From contig OZ219815.1 in NCBI GenBank assembly GCA_964291235.2, forward strand, positions 832,001 through 896,000: a DNA stretch of 64,000 nucleotides, given 5' to 3'. The notes beneath the pieces were generated by a model. It was given only the letters and a program-made list of their open reading frames with translations, had not been told where the DNA came from and did no database searches. The translations under genes and the position numbers were made by a program. The DNA is from Vicinamibacteria bacterium (GTDB lineage: Bacteria > Acidobacteriota > Vicinamibacteria > Marinacidobacterales > Marinacidobacteraceae). Below, piece after piece: positions 7,461 through 17,046 of the stretch (positions are counted from its first letter, which is position 1; every line of letters begins with the position of its first letter).

Positions 7461-10349
7461 TCAGAACTCGATCCGGACCCCCACCCGGAAGACCCGCGGG
7501 TCGAGAATCGCGATGATCTCGTTGTAGCGGGAACCCCCGATCGTCCGGTAGTTGAGCACGGTCGAGCTGTTGACCAGGTTGAACCCGTCGAACAGCAGGG
7601 CCATGGTCGCCCCTCCCGGGATGTCGAACGACTTCTCGGCGCGCATGTCGAAGATGCCGACGTTCGGTGCGCGGTCGTTGTAGCCGTCGGGCATCACCCG
7701 CTCGGTTCCGGCGTTCGGCAGCCGGACGCTGACGCGGCGGCCCGTCAGGTACCCGCTCTGGAGCTTGTAGGAAGCGCTCACCCCGACGTCGTAGGGGAAG
7801 ATGTAGCGCGCCACCAGCTTGTAGTTCCAGTAGGTGGTGTCGATCGGCCCCAGCCGGAGCGACTGGTTCGCCCGCCACTCGTAGGTCGTGCCCTCCACGA
7901 AGTCGAAGCGGGCGGCGGCCCGCACGCTCCCGGAGGACGTGGTCCTCATGTAGGCGTTCGCCCAGGTGTGCAGGAACGAGGTCAGGAACATCCAGCGATC
8001 CGCGAACCGGCGGTTCAGGGCCACCTCGACGGTGTGGTAGTTCCCGTCCGGATCCGGCAGCCCGTAGGCGCCCGGGTTCACGTACTGGCGATCCTCGGGA
8101 ATTCCGGGCTGCCGGTCCGTGAGCTGGATGGTCTGGTCGTCGCCGGTTCCCGCCACGTTGTCCGGCCCGCGGTCTTCCCAACTGTAGGGAACGCCGTAGG
8201 CGAAGGCGCGGTTCAGGTCCACGATCCCGTAGCCGTTCCGGGAGTTCTTGTGAACGTAGGACGCCCGGAAGGAGAAGTTGTCGGCGATCTGCTGCTCGAA
8301 GTGGGCCGACATCTCATGCCCGTAGGCGTTCTTCAGGTTCGGGTCCACGGTCACGAACCCGGCGCCGCCGAGGGTTCGGAGCTTGTCCCCCAGTTCCGGC
8401 GAGTCGGCAAGGCCGCCGCTCGGCCCCGGGTCCAGAACCCGGTTCCCGTTCAGGTCGTTGAACCCGTACCGGAACGCCGCCTGGCCCACCGGGTTCTCGT
8501 CGTCCACGATGGTGGTGCTCGGGTTCCAGTAGAAGCGGCCGAAGAAGAGCTTCAGCACCGTCTCGCCCTCGCCCGTCACGTCGAACGCGGCGCCGAGGCG
8601 CGGCCCGATGTTGGAGAGCGTCAGGACATCGCGCTGCGACACCTCAAGCGCCGGGAAGATGTCCGAATGGGTGGGCGAGAGGGAGTTTTCCGGCCAGCCC
8701 ATCTTGTAGCGGTCGAAGCGGAAGCCGAGGTTCAGCGTCAGCCGGTCGTTGAGGGTCCACGAATCCTGCCCGTAGAACGCGGTGAGGAAGATGTCGTTGA
8801 TGCCGGTGTTCGGGGTGTTGTAGATGTCCACCTCGCTGGGGACGCCGTCCACGTCGCGGTAGAAGATGTCCTCCGGCTGCATCCGCAGGAACTTGCGGCG
8901 CTCCCGGTAGATCTCGGTGCCGATCTTCAAGGTGTGCTGTCCCGCCAGATCGTCCGCGAAGTAGGTCAGGTTGCCGGAGATCTGCGGCTTGGTGACGTTG
9001 CGGAGGTGGTAGTAGTTGTTCGCGTTGGTGAGGTCGCCGGTGTTCACCTCGAGGCGGCCGGCCGGCAGGCCCTCGACGCTCTCCGACTTGGTGGCGGTCG
9101 GGAAGAGCGGGAACTGGTTGATCCAGTGGCTGAGCTGCAGGTTCAGGAAGAGCTTGTCGGTGAGCACGTTCGTGTACTCGAACTTCATCGGCTTGTTGAC
9201 CGAGCTCTGGTACCAGGCTGCTTCCAGGGGCACTGAAGGACCGAGGTTGCGCTCCGCCTGCAGCTTGGTGCGCCGGTTGAAGAAGCCGATCAACTGGCTG
9301 GAGTCGGTGAGCTGGTAGGTCGCCTTGGCGGTCCAGTTGCCGAGCTGGGTGGTCGCCGGATCCGGGTTGCCGATGGTGAGCTTTTCCTGGTGGTTCAGCC
9401 GGTAGCCGCCGTAGAACCAGGCCTTGCCCGGATAGAGCGGTCCGCCGATGCCGATGTTGATGTCGCTCTGGAGGGTGATCGGGTTGCCGGCTTCGAGGCC
9501 GTCGCCTCCCGCCTTGTAGGGACCCTGCGTCCCGCCGCCGGTCCGCAGCGCATCCGGGACGTTGTCGCCGACCGTCGAGTCGTTCTCGAAGTCCACGTAG
9601 ATGTCACCGCCAAAACGGTCGCCGCCGGACTTGACCGTGAGGTTGAAGAAGGCGCCGAGCCCATGGGTCTCGCCCATGTTCCCCGAGCCGCCGAGCTGGA
9701 AGTCCTCGAAGCTGCCGTAGTCGAAGTAGCCCGCGTTCCCCGAGGTCGTCTCGGTCACGTTGATGCCCTCGAGCAGGGTCCGGTGCTGGTCTCCGAAGCC
9801 GAAGGCCTGGAACCCGGTCTGGGTTCCGGTGTGGGACCCGCCCACGTCGTAGCCCTCCATCTGGAAGCCGGGGGCCTGGGCCATCGCCGCCCAGATGTCC
9901 CGGGCGTTCGGGATGTCCTCGAGGAGTTCCTCGGTGAAGTTCACGCCGGTGGCGGTGGTCTTGACGTCCACCACCGGGGCTTCCCCGGTGATGGTGATCG
10001 TCTCTTCGAGACCGCCGACCTCCAGGGTGGCATTCACGGTGAGGGTGGTGTTCAGGGTCATCTGGATGTTCTCCCGAACGACGGTGCTGAAACCGCCGAG
10101 GGAGAAAGTGACCGAATAGACCCCGGTGGGCAGCGCCGGGAACGCGTAGGTGCCCTGGCCGCCGGTGACCGCCACCTGGTCCTGGATCATCGCCGGACTC
10201 GAGGCGGTGACCGTGACGCCGGGAAGCACCGCCCCGGTCGCGTCGCTCGCCGTCCCGACGATCCGGCCTCTGAGTTCCTGCGCGCCGGCCGGAACGGCCA
10301 GCGCGAGCGCGACCCCGAGGATCGCGAACCTGGTAAATCGTGAGCGCAT
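7461..10349 (-). CDS. TonB-dependent receptor with N-terminal carboxypeptidase-regulatory-like domain (Oar-like)
   Basis: ATG 10349 with GGAGGTG RBS; signal peptide; GTASDATGAVLPGVTVT; beta-barrel pattern; C-terminal PRVFRVGVRIEF. Confidence 0.92.
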   Translation of the reverse strand: MRSRFTRFAILGVALALAVPAGAQELRGRIVGTASDATGAVLPGVTVTASSPAMIQDQVAVTGGQGTYAFPALPTGVYSVTFSLGGFSTVVRENIQMTLNTTLTVNATLEVGGLEETITITGEAPVVDVKTTATGVNFTEELLEDIPNARDIWAAMAQAPGFQMEGYDVGGSHTGTQTGFQAFGFGDQHRTLLEGINVTETTSGNAGYFDYGSFEDFQLGGSGNMGETHGLGAFFNLTVKSGGDRFGGDIYVDFENDSTVGDNVPDALRTGGGTQGPYKAGGDGLEAGNPITLQSDINIGIGGPLYPGKAWFYGGYRLNHQEKLTIGNPDPATTQLGNWTAKATYQLTDSSQLIGFFNRRTKLQAERNLGPSVPLEAAWYQSSVNKPMKFEYTNVLTDKLFLNLQLSHWINQFPLFPTATKSESVEGLPAGRLEVNTGDLTNANNYYHLRNVTKPQISGNLTYFADDLAGQHTLKIGTEIYRERRKFLRMQPEDIFYRDVDGVPSEVDIYNTPNTGINDIFLTAFYGQDSWTLNDRLTLNLGFRFDRYKMGWPENSLSPTHSDIFPALEVSQRDVLTLSNIGPRLGAAFDVTGEGETVLKLFFGRFYWNPSTTIVDDENPVGQAAFRYGFNDLNGNRVLDPGPSGGLADSPELGDKLRTLGGAGFVTVDPNLKNAYGHEMSAHFEQQIADNFSFRASYVHKNSRNGYGIVDLNRAFAYGVPYSWEDRGPDNVAGTGDDQTIQLTDRQPGIPEDRQYVNPGAYGLPDPDGNYHTVEVALNRRFADRWMFLTSFLHTWANAYMRTTSSGSVRAAARFDFVEGTTYEWRANQSLRLGPIDTTYWNYKLVARYIFPYDVGVSASYKLQSGYLTGRRVSVRLPNAGTERVMPDGYNDRAPNVGIFDMRAEKSFDIPGGATMALLFDGFNLVNSSTVLNYRTIGGSRYNEIIAILDPRVFRVGVRIEF

Positions 10350-10613
10350 CAGACACCTCCTGAGGTGAACGAGGATTGCCATCCTTCGGGGTGAATTCTC
10401 GGCCAGTATAGGGACCGCCCGGAAACCGGCGCAAGCGCAGCTTTGTAGCGGCCTGTAACGCCAGATTTGGCCCGGATGGACCCGGGCGGCGCCCGCGTTC
10501 GCCGGGCCTCGGCCCGCCGCCGGCGGTCGGCGTTTTCATCGGAACCCCGCATGCGGGGCCGGGAGCTGTTGTAAGCTGCGGGGCAACGATTCGATATGTG
10601 TAAGGACTGTGAA

Positions 10614-11216
10614 ATGAATGTTCGAAATGTAGGGGCGGCGGCGACTGGGATCAGAGCGCTGTGTGTCTATTGCGGCTCGTTGAACGGGCGCGACCCGGAG
10701 CTCGAAGAGTTCGCGCACGCCTTCGGTTCCGCCTGCGCCGCGCGCGGCATTGAACTCATCTACGGCGGTGGCGGGGTGGGCCTGATGGGCACCGTGGCGC
10801 ACGCGGCGCTCGAGAACGGCGGACGGGTGGTCGGCATCATTCCGCGTTCCCTGATGGAGCAGGAACTCCCCTTCTCCTGTGTGACAGAACTTGTCGTCGT
10901 GGACAGCATGCACGAGCGCAAACAGAAGATGTTCCAGCGCGCCGACGGCTTCGTCTCGCTACCGGGAGGCTTCGGCACCCTCGACGAAACGATCGAGATG
11001 ATCACCTGGCGGCAGCTCGGCTACCACGACAAACCGATCGTGCTGGCGAACCATCGCGGCTATTGGGATCCGCTCCTGTCGCTGTTCGACCACATCGTCG
11101 CCACGGGTTTCGCCCCGGCGGGCGCACACAACCTCTACACGGTCGCCGATTCCATCGACGGAGTCTTCGATCGGCTGACGATTGGGAGGGCGGCGCCCAT
11201 CCGCGCCACCGCGTAG
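10614..11216 (+). CDS. LOG family protein (TIGR00730 Rossmann fold)
   Basis: CVYCGS, YGGGGVGLMG, MHERKQKM, PGGFGTLDE signature. Confidence 0.93.
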   Translation: MNVRNVGAAATGIRALCVYCGSLNGRDPELEEFAHAFGSACAARGIELIYGGGGVGLMGTVAHAALENGGRVVGIIPRSLMEQELPFSCVTELVVVDSMHERKQKMFQRADGFVSLPGGFGTLDETIEMITWRQLGYHDKPIVLANHRGYWDPLLSLFDHIVATGFAPAGAHNLYTVADSIDGVFDRLTIGRAAPIRATA

Positions 11217-11265
11217 CGGCCACCGGACCGCGCATCGCCGCTGGCGAAGGAGCGCGGGGAGCGTA

Positions 11266-11292
11266 GGAGCGCCGGCCTCCAGGCCGGCATCG
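11266..11292. repeat. REP-like hairpin
   Basis: GGAGCGCCGGCCTCCAGGCCGGCATCG; same family as the other intergenic copies. Confidence 0.8.
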
Positions 11293-11472
11293 TCCGCCAC
11301 CGGCGGGCGAAATCGCATCCTCTCAGCCGCGGCGAACGCGGGCGCGTTTACTGGTAGCCTCGGCGGGAATCGAGCCCGGACATCCGGAACTCGGAGTCTC
11401 TGCTCAAAAAGCGCGTAGGGTGCGCGCCGCAGAGTTTCCGACTTGATCGGGGGATGGGCCCAAGGAGGAGGA

Positions 11473-12693
11473 ATGTCTCGCAAAGACGACTTCGGGCGAG
11501 CGGGAGTGCGGCGCTCTTTGAAACTGCTTCGCGCTGCCTGCGCGACCGCCATCGTCCTGGCCGCGTGCGGCGACGGAACTTCGCCGACCTCCGTTCGGCC
11601 TGCCGCCCCGGCCGCCCCGGCGACCCCGACCACCCCCACCGCTCCGGTGAACATTGGCTTCCTGGTCTCGGGCGACCGGACGTATCCGAACGGCGGAATG
11701 ATCGCGGTGGACGAGGCCAACGCAAGCGGCGGGCTGTTGGGCCGTTCCGTCGAGCTGATCGTCCGGTCCGGCCTGGAAGAAGCGGCGCCGGCGGTAGCCG
11801 CCGCGGAGGCGCTGATCCTCGACGACGAAGTGGTCGCTCTCATCGGCCCCAATCGCTCGGCGCACGCAATCGAGGTAGGGGCTGTCGCCCAGCATCACGG
11901 CGTACCGATGATCACGACGGCGGCCACGAATCCAAGCGTGACGGCGGCGGGCGACCTGGTCTTCATGGCCGCCTTCACCGACCAATTTCAGGGGGGCGTC
12001 GTGGCCGGGTTCGCCTTCGAGACGCTCGGAGCGATGACCGCCGCGGTCCTTACCCAGCGCGGCGAGGTGTACAGCGAGGGGATCGGGGAGTTCTTCGTCA
12101 ACCATTTCCGGCGCCTGGGCGGGACGGTCGTCGCCGATCAGTCCTACGAACCCGGGACGACGGACTTCGCCGCGCACTTGACAGCCATCGCAGCCGGGGC
12201 TCCGGCGGTGCTGTTCATGCCGGGCCCGGTGGCAGAAATCGTTCTTCTGACCGCCCAGGCACGCGCCCTGCCGCTCCACGATGCCGCCGGGGAGCCGACC
12301 GTGTTCCTGGGGGCCGATGCCTGGGACAACCCGGCGCTCCTGGAGAACGAGCAGGCCTCCGTGGAGGGCAGTTTCTTCAGCGCCCAGTTCTCGCCGGACA
12401 CGGACGAACCGACGGCGCGCGCGTTCGTCGAGGCATATCGAGCCAAGTACGGGATCCCCCCCACCGGCGGCGATGCAGTGAGCTACGACGCGGTCCGGTT
12501 GTTCCTGCTGGCCGCGGCTCGCGCGGGCAGTCTCGACGCCGACGCCATCCGCCAAGAACTCCTGGCTACCGAGCAATACGCCGGAGCAACCCGCATTTCT
12601 CACTACAACGACGATCGCCAGCCGACCAAGAGCGCGGTCATCATGACCATCGAGAACGGTGTGAAGCGGTTCTACCAGCAGGTGGACCCGTAG
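11473..12693 (+). CDS. Branched-chain amino acid ABC transporter substrate-binding lipoprotein (LivJ/K-like), no permease nearby
   Basis: AGGAGG RBS; LAAC lipobox; AVDEANASGGLLGRSVEL, ALIGP, TDFAAHL, YDAV. Confidence 0.9.
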   Translation: MSRKDDFGRAGVRRSLKLLRAACATAIVLAACGDGTSPTSVRPAAPAAPATPTTPTAPVNIGFLVSGDRTYPNGGMIAVDEANASGGLLGRSVELIVRSGLEEAAPAVAAAEALILDDEVVALIGPNRSAHAIEVGAVAQHHGVPMITTAATNPSVTAAGDLVFMAAFTDQFQGGVVAGFAFETLGAMTAAVLTQRGEVYSEGIGEFFVNHFRRLGGTVVADQSYEPGTTDFAAHLTAIAAGAPAVLFMPGPVAEIVLLTAQARALPLHDAAGEPTVFLGADAWDNPALLENEQASVEGSFFSAQFSPDTDEPTARAFVEAYRAKYGIPPTGGDAVSYDAVRLFLLAAARAGSLDADAIRQELLATEQYAGATRISHYNDDRQPTKSAVIMTIENGVKRFYQQVDP

Positions 12694-12713
12694 CCGACCA
12701 CTCAGCCGCACGG

Positions 12714-13178
12714 CGCAACGGCACGGGAACGCCGGCCTCCAGGCCGGCACAGCCCCGCGAAGCGGGGCGGCGGGACGGACCCCCCAGCGCCAGGATGGTT
12801 CTCCTCTCGGCGTGGACCCCACCAGCGTTGGTGTCGCAAAGGCAAGGGAACGCCGGCCTCCAGGCCGGCACAGCCCCGCGAAGCGGGGCGGCGGGACGGA
12901 CCCCCCAGCGCCAGGATGGTTCTCCGCTCGGCGTGAACCCCACCAGCGTTGGTGTCGCAACGGCACGGGAACGCCGGCCTCCAGGCCGGCACAGCCCCGC
13001 GAAGCGGGGCGGCGGGACGGACCCCCAGCCCCAGGATGGTTCTCCTCTCGGCGTGCACCCCACCAGCGTTGGTGTCGCAAAGGCAAGGGAACGCCGGCCT
13101 CCAGGCCGGCACAGCTCCGCGAAGCGGGGCGGCGGGACGGACCCCCCAGCGCCAGGGTGGTGCTCCTCTCGGCGTGCA
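12714..13178. repeat. Tandem array of ~3.8 copies of a 120-121-bp REP-containing unit (BIME-like)
   Basis: Units start at 12714, 12835, 12956 and 13076; each has GCCGGCCTCCAGGCCGGC and a GCCCCGC-GAA-GCGGGGC hairpin. Confidence 0.93.
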
Positions 13179-13374
13179 GCAGCCAACGGGAAAGAGCGGG
13201 AATTGTTCGGCCGGGCTGTCGAGCACCGGTTCGAGTGTCCGGGGGTCGACAACCGCGGCAGATCCATAGTTCACTACCGATCTGCCGCGTCCGCTGGAAG
13301 AGATCGAGACAGACAGTCCATCAGGTCGAGAGGGAGATCGTGGCGATACCGCGGGAGGAGGTGAGCGTATGAAT

Positions 13375-13487
13375 ATGTCGGCAGTTATAGCCATCTGCCG
13401 TCAATTTGATTCACATGACCGCGCCGCGCTACCCTCGCCGAATGGCTGGATCAAAACGTCGGCATTCAAAGATATCTGCCGACATTT
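13375..13487. promoter_or_regulatory. Two palindromic operators upstream of / overlapping the start of abiEi
   Basis: TGTCGGCA-N12-TGCCGTCA (13376-13403) and CGTCGGCA-N12-TGCCGACA (13457-13484): same core, same 12-bp spacing. Confidence 0.7.
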
Positions 13488-14098
13488 CGGAGCAGCCATC
13501 CGGCCTGACCGCCTCCGGTGTGCAGCGTCTCGGGGGGACCACCTTCTTTCGCGCCCGAGATGCCGCCGAGCGGGGTATCCATTCGCGGGCGCTGCGGGCC
13601 ATGGTGGACGGAGGAGACGTCGAGCGCGTGGCCCGCGGCCTCTACCGCGTCACGCAAGCCGAACTGACGGAGCAGTACACCCGCGCTGCCGTCTGCGCGC
13701 GGGTTCCAGACGCCATCATCTGTCTGCTGACGGCCCTTAGCGTCCACGAACTCGGCACCCAGCTTCCGCGCAAGGTCTGGATCGCCATTCCCCACAAGGC
13801 CCGCGCGCCTCGCGTTCCGGAGCTGCCGATCCGGGTAGTCCGCTTCTCCGGGGTCTCACTGCGTTACGGGATCGCTGACACGACCTTCGACGGCGTTCCT
13901 GCCCGCATCACGACTCCGGCGCGTACCGTCGTGGACTGCTTCCGTTTCCGGCGGCTGTTCGGCATGCACGTAGCGCTCGAAGCGCTGCGGGAAGCTCTCT
14001 ACGACCGAAAGGCCACCCCCGACCAGATCTGGCGAGCGGCGGAAACATGCCGCGCCAAAGCGCTCGTCGGCCCGGCTCTGGACGCGTTTTCGGCATGA
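13415..14098 (+). CDS. abiEi: Type IV toxin-antitoxin antitoxin, AbiEi family
   Basis: VERVARGLY, ICLLTALSVHEL.TQLP, ITTPARTVVDCFRFR; ATGA overlap with the toxin gene; start uncertain. Confidence 0.9.
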   Translation: MTAPRYPRRMAGSKRRHSKISADISEQPSGLTASGVQRLGGTTFFRARDAAERGIHSRALRAMVDGGDVERVARGLYRVTQAELTEQYTRAAVCARVPDAIICLLTALSVHELGTQLPRKVWIAIPHKARAPRVPELPIRVVRFSGVSLRYGIADTTFDGVPARITTPARTVVDCFRFRRLFGMHVALEALREALYDRKATPDQIWRAAETCRAKALVGPALDAFSA

Positions 14099-15027
14099 CG
14101 CCTACGCGGGAGATTCGGAACGTGCCGGCGTCGGTTCGCCAGCGCCTCCTTAATCTCAGCCGTACCGGCGCACTCGACTTTCAAGCCGTGCTCGATCGGT
14201 ACACATGCGAGCGCTTTCTCTACCGGCTTTCGATCTCACCCGAGATGGACCGATTCGTCCTCAAGGGCGCGGCGCTCTTCCGAGTGTGGGACGGGAAGGA
14301 GGCGCGGCCAACCCGGGATATCGACCTCCTGGACATCTGGTCCGGCGACCGGGCGCCAATTCGCGCCTCCCTCGAGGCTATCTGCCGTGTTCCCTGCCCC
14401 GAGGACGGAGTCGTCTTTGATCCGGCAACCATCCGGATCACCAACATCCGCGACGAGCAGCCTTACGGCGGGGTGCGCGCGCAGATCCAGGGCCGCCTGG
14501 GCCAGGTGCGGCTACCCCTTCAGATCGATATCGGCTTCGGCGACATCATCACGCCGGACCGCGCAGAACGAGACTACCCGACCCTCCTCGATCTCCCGGC
14601 GCCCCGTCTCTGGACATACCCGCCGGAGACCGTGGTCGCCGAGAAGCTGCACGCCCTCGTGGAGCACGGCGCCAGGAACACCCGAGTGAAGGATCTATGG
14701 GACTTGGCCCGCCTCGCTCGTCGCTTCGCATTCGACGGAGAGGTTCTGCGGACCGCAGTCGCCCGAACCTTCCGGCAGCGCGGGACCTCGTTTGGGAGCG
14801 AAAGGCCGATCGCACTGCTCCCGTCTTACTACAAAGACGCGACACGCGAGCGGCTCTGGCGGGGACTGCGACGCGCGATGGATGAGGGCGCCGACGGCCC
14901 GGTCAGGCTCGTGGATGTGGGCGTGGAGCTGTTGCGCTTCCTGGGGCCGATCTGCGACAGCCTGATCGAGGCGCGGCCGTTTACCCCGACTTGGCCCGCC
15001 GGCGGGCCGTGGCGATCGGGAGTTTGA
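14095..15027 (+). CDS. abiEii: Type IV TA toxin, AbiEii/AbiGii nucleotidyltransferase
   Basis: ERFLYRLS, FVLKGA, RPTRDIDL, QIDIGFGD, ETVVAEKLHA, NTRVKDLWD. Confidence 0.92.
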   Translation: MTPTREIRNVPASVRQRLLNLSRTGALDFQAVLDRYTCERFLYRLSISPEMDRFVLKGAALFRVWDGKEARPTRDIDLLDIWSGDRAPIRASLEAICRVPCPEDGVVFDPATIRITNIRDEQPYGGVRAQIQGRLGQVRLPLQIDIGFGDIITPDRAERDYPTLLDLPAPRLWTYPPETVVAEKLHALVEHGARNTRVKDLWDLARLARRFAFDGEVLRTAVARTFRQRGTSFGSERPIALLPSYYKDATRERLWRGLRRAMDEGADGPVRLVDVGVELLRFLGPICDSLIEARPFTPTWPAGGPWRSGV

Positions 15028-15034
15028 CCGGGCG

Positions 15035-15115
15035 CGCTCCTCCATCAGATCGCGCGCCTTCTGGATGCTCTCCCGCGGGAGCCGATCGCCTCTCCTTCCT
15101 CCCAGGTCCACGATG
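15035..15115 (-). repeat. Degenerate duplicate of an internal fragment of the amidohydrolase gene (16109-16183)
   Basis: ~40-bp identical core TCCATCAGATCGCGCGCCTTCTGGATGCTCTCCCGCGGGA at both places, with degenerate flanks. Confidence 0.9.
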
Positions 15116-15136
15116 CGCGGGTTCGGACCTGTTCAT

Positions 15137-15152
15137 GGACTATATTTAGTCC
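15137..15152. promoter_or_regulatory. Palindromic operator of the type II TA operon
   Basis: GGACTA-TATT-TAGTCC, ~25 bp upstream of the antitoxin ATG. Confidence 0.6.
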
Positions 15153-15176
15153 GCTCTGTCCGCAGGGAGGCGCCTC

Positions 15177-15452
15177 ATGTCGCTGTCCGATCAGATCAAG
15201 CCGATCAGTTATCTGAAGGCTCACGCCGCCGAGATCATCCGCACGCTCGGGGACCGGCCGGAGCCGTTGATCATCACCCAAAACGGCGAAGCCAAGGCCG
15301 TCGTGCAGGACATCGCCAGCTATGAGCGGATGCAGGAGACCGTGGCTTTGCTCAAGATGCTGGCGCTCGGAGATCGTCAGATCGAAGCTGGCCGGGTGCA
15401 GCCCGCTGCTGAGGTGATCGCGCGGCTTCGGGAGCGCCCACGGGCGGACTGA
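15177..15452 (+). CDS. Phd/YefM family antitoxin
   Basis: IKPISYLKAHAAEII...PLIITQNGEAKAVV; overlaps the toxin start. Confidence 0.92.
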   Translation: MSLSDQIKPISYLKAHAAEIIRTLGDRPEPLIITQNGEAKAVVQDIASYERMQETVALLKMLALGDRQIEAGRVQPAAEVIARLRERPRAD

Positions 15453-15778
15453 TGCCGTTCGCGGTTCAACTGACCGATGACGCCGTCCGCGACCTGGAAG
15501 AAATCGTTGACCACATCTCCCGGCAGGACGCACCAGGCAGCGCGGACTATGTGCTGGGCCGGATCGAGCAGGCCATGCAGGCGCTCTCCGCCCTCCCCGA
15601 ACGCGGCAGCTATCCGCGGGAACTCCTGGAGCTGGGGATTCGGGAATACCGGGAAGTGCTCTTCAAGCCGTACCGGATCATCCACCGCGTGATGGGAGAC
15701 GGGGTGTACGTCATGGTGATCGCGGACGGGCGCCGCGACCTGCGGGCGTTGCTGGAGCGGCGCCTGCTGGATGGGTAG
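15452..15778 (+). CDS. RelE/ParE family toxin
   Basis: LTDDAVRDLEEIVDHI, LPERG, PYRIIHRV, IADGRRDL. Confidence 0.92.
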   Translation: MPFAVQLTDDAVRDLEEIVDHISRQDAPGSADYVLGRIEQAMQALSALPERGSYPRELLELGIREYREVLFKPYRIIHRVMGDGVYVMVIADGRRDLRALLERRLLDG

Positions 15779-15795
15779 CCGGCCGGCCTCCGCCC

Positions 15796-17046
15796 CTACG
15801 GGGCCTTGACCACCTTCCCATCCCGCATCACGAACCGGACGTCCTCCATCACCCGGACGTTCTCGAGCGGATCTCCTTCGACCGCAATCAGGTCCGCCGC
15901 GTAGCCGTCCGCGATCCGGCCGATCTCGTCTTCGAGGCCGAGCGTCCGCGCCGCGACCGTCATCGCCGACCGCAGTGCGTCCGTCGGGCTCAACCCGATC
16001 CCCACCATCACCGCGAACTCGCGGGCCGCGGTCTCGTGCGGGAAGATGGTGTCCGAGCCGAAAGCCACCGGCGCCCCGGCGGCGAACGCCGCCCCGATGC
16101 GCCGGTCACGCTCTTCCATCAGATCGCGCGCCTTCTGGATGCTCTCCCGCGGGAAGCCGATCGCCTCGCCCTCCTCCACGATGTAGTTCATGACGTAGAG
16201 GGTCGGCACCATCGGGACGCCGCGCTCCTTGAAGAGCCGGATGCCTTCCTCGTCCACGAGCGTCGCGTGCTCCACGGAGTCCACGCCGGCCCGGAGCGCG
16301 GTGATGATCCCCGGCGCGCCGTGGGCGTGGACCGTGATCTTCTTCTTGTGGCGGTGCGCCTCCTCGACCGCCGCGCGGACCTCTTCCTCGGTGTAGGTGC
16401 TGACGTTCGGGTCGTCGCCCGCCGACATCACCCCGCCGGTCATCATCAGCTTGATCCAGTCGGCGCCGTACTTGAACTCCCGCCGGATCTCGAGGCGGAG
16501 CCCCTCCGGCCCGTCGGCGATCCGGGTGGGCGTCTCGATGTGGAGATCCGCCATCAGGTTGTTGAAGTCCCCGTGGCCGCCGGTGGCCGAGATCGCGTGC
16601 GGCGCGATGAGCAGCCGCGGCCCGACGTGCTGGCCGCGGTTGATGGCGTGCTTCAGGTCCACCGTCCCGTAGAAACCATCGAACTCGCCCGGCGTCCGGA
16701 GCGTCGTGAACCCGGCTCCCAGCATCTTTTGGGCGTTCGCCAGCGCGTCGAGCGCGCGCGCCGCGCTCGAGCGGGTGATGTCGATCGCGGTCAGGGTGTC
16801 CGGATTGATCGTCAGGTGCGCGTGCAGGTCGATCAGTCCCGGGAGGCAGGTATAGCCCGAGAGGTCCACCAGCTCGCCGGCGTCCGGAGGTCCGGAAACG
16901 ATCCGCCCGTCCCGGACCACGATGTCCCCGGCGCCACCCATGGCGTCGCCGTCGAAGATCGCTCCGCAGCGGAGCACCGTGTCCTGCGCAAACGCGGTCG
17001 CTCCCAAAAAGAGCGCCGCCAGAAAAACCACCGCCAATCGCGTCAT
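15796..17046 (-). CDS. Secreted amidohydrolase family protein (Xaa-Pro dipeptidase-like)
   Basis: ATG 17046 overlaps the upstream stop; signal peptide; LPGLIDLHAH, TGGHGD, GADWIK, VHAHG, SVEH, FGSD. Confidence 0.9.
   Translation of the reverse strand: MTRLAVVFLAALFLGATAFAQDTVLRCGAIFDGDAMGGAGDIVVRDGRIVSGPPDAGELVDLSGYTCLPGLIDLHAHLTINPDTLTAIDITRSSAARALDALANAQKMLGAGFTTLRTPGEFDGFYGTVDLKHAINRGQHVGPRLLIAPHAISATGGHGDFNNLMADLHIETPTRIADGPEGLRLEIRREFKYGADWIKLMMTGGVMSAGDDPNVSTYTEEEVRAAVEEAHRHKKKITVHAHGAPGIITALRAGVDSVEHATLVDEEGIRLFKERGVPMVPTLYVMNYIVEEGEAIGFPRESIQKARDLMEERDRRIGAAFAAGAPVAFGSDTIFPHETAAREFAVMVGIGLSPTDALRSAMTVAARTLGLEDEIGRIADGYAADLIAVEGDPLENVRVMEDVRFVMRDGKVVKAP

Noticed and set aside
6867-9236. 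Long antisense/alternate-frame ORFs (this one and similar, e.g. 23129..24742, 36550..38262)
   Set aside because: High-GC shadow ORFs overlapping well-supported genes.
10350-10600. Cobalamin or other riboswitch ahead of the TonB receptor
   Set aside because: I could not recognise B12-box or other conserved aptamer motifs; an Rfam scan would be decisive.
12641-13394. ORFs across the 121-bp tandem repeats
   Set aside because: Translations of REP-containing repeats with no protein motifs.
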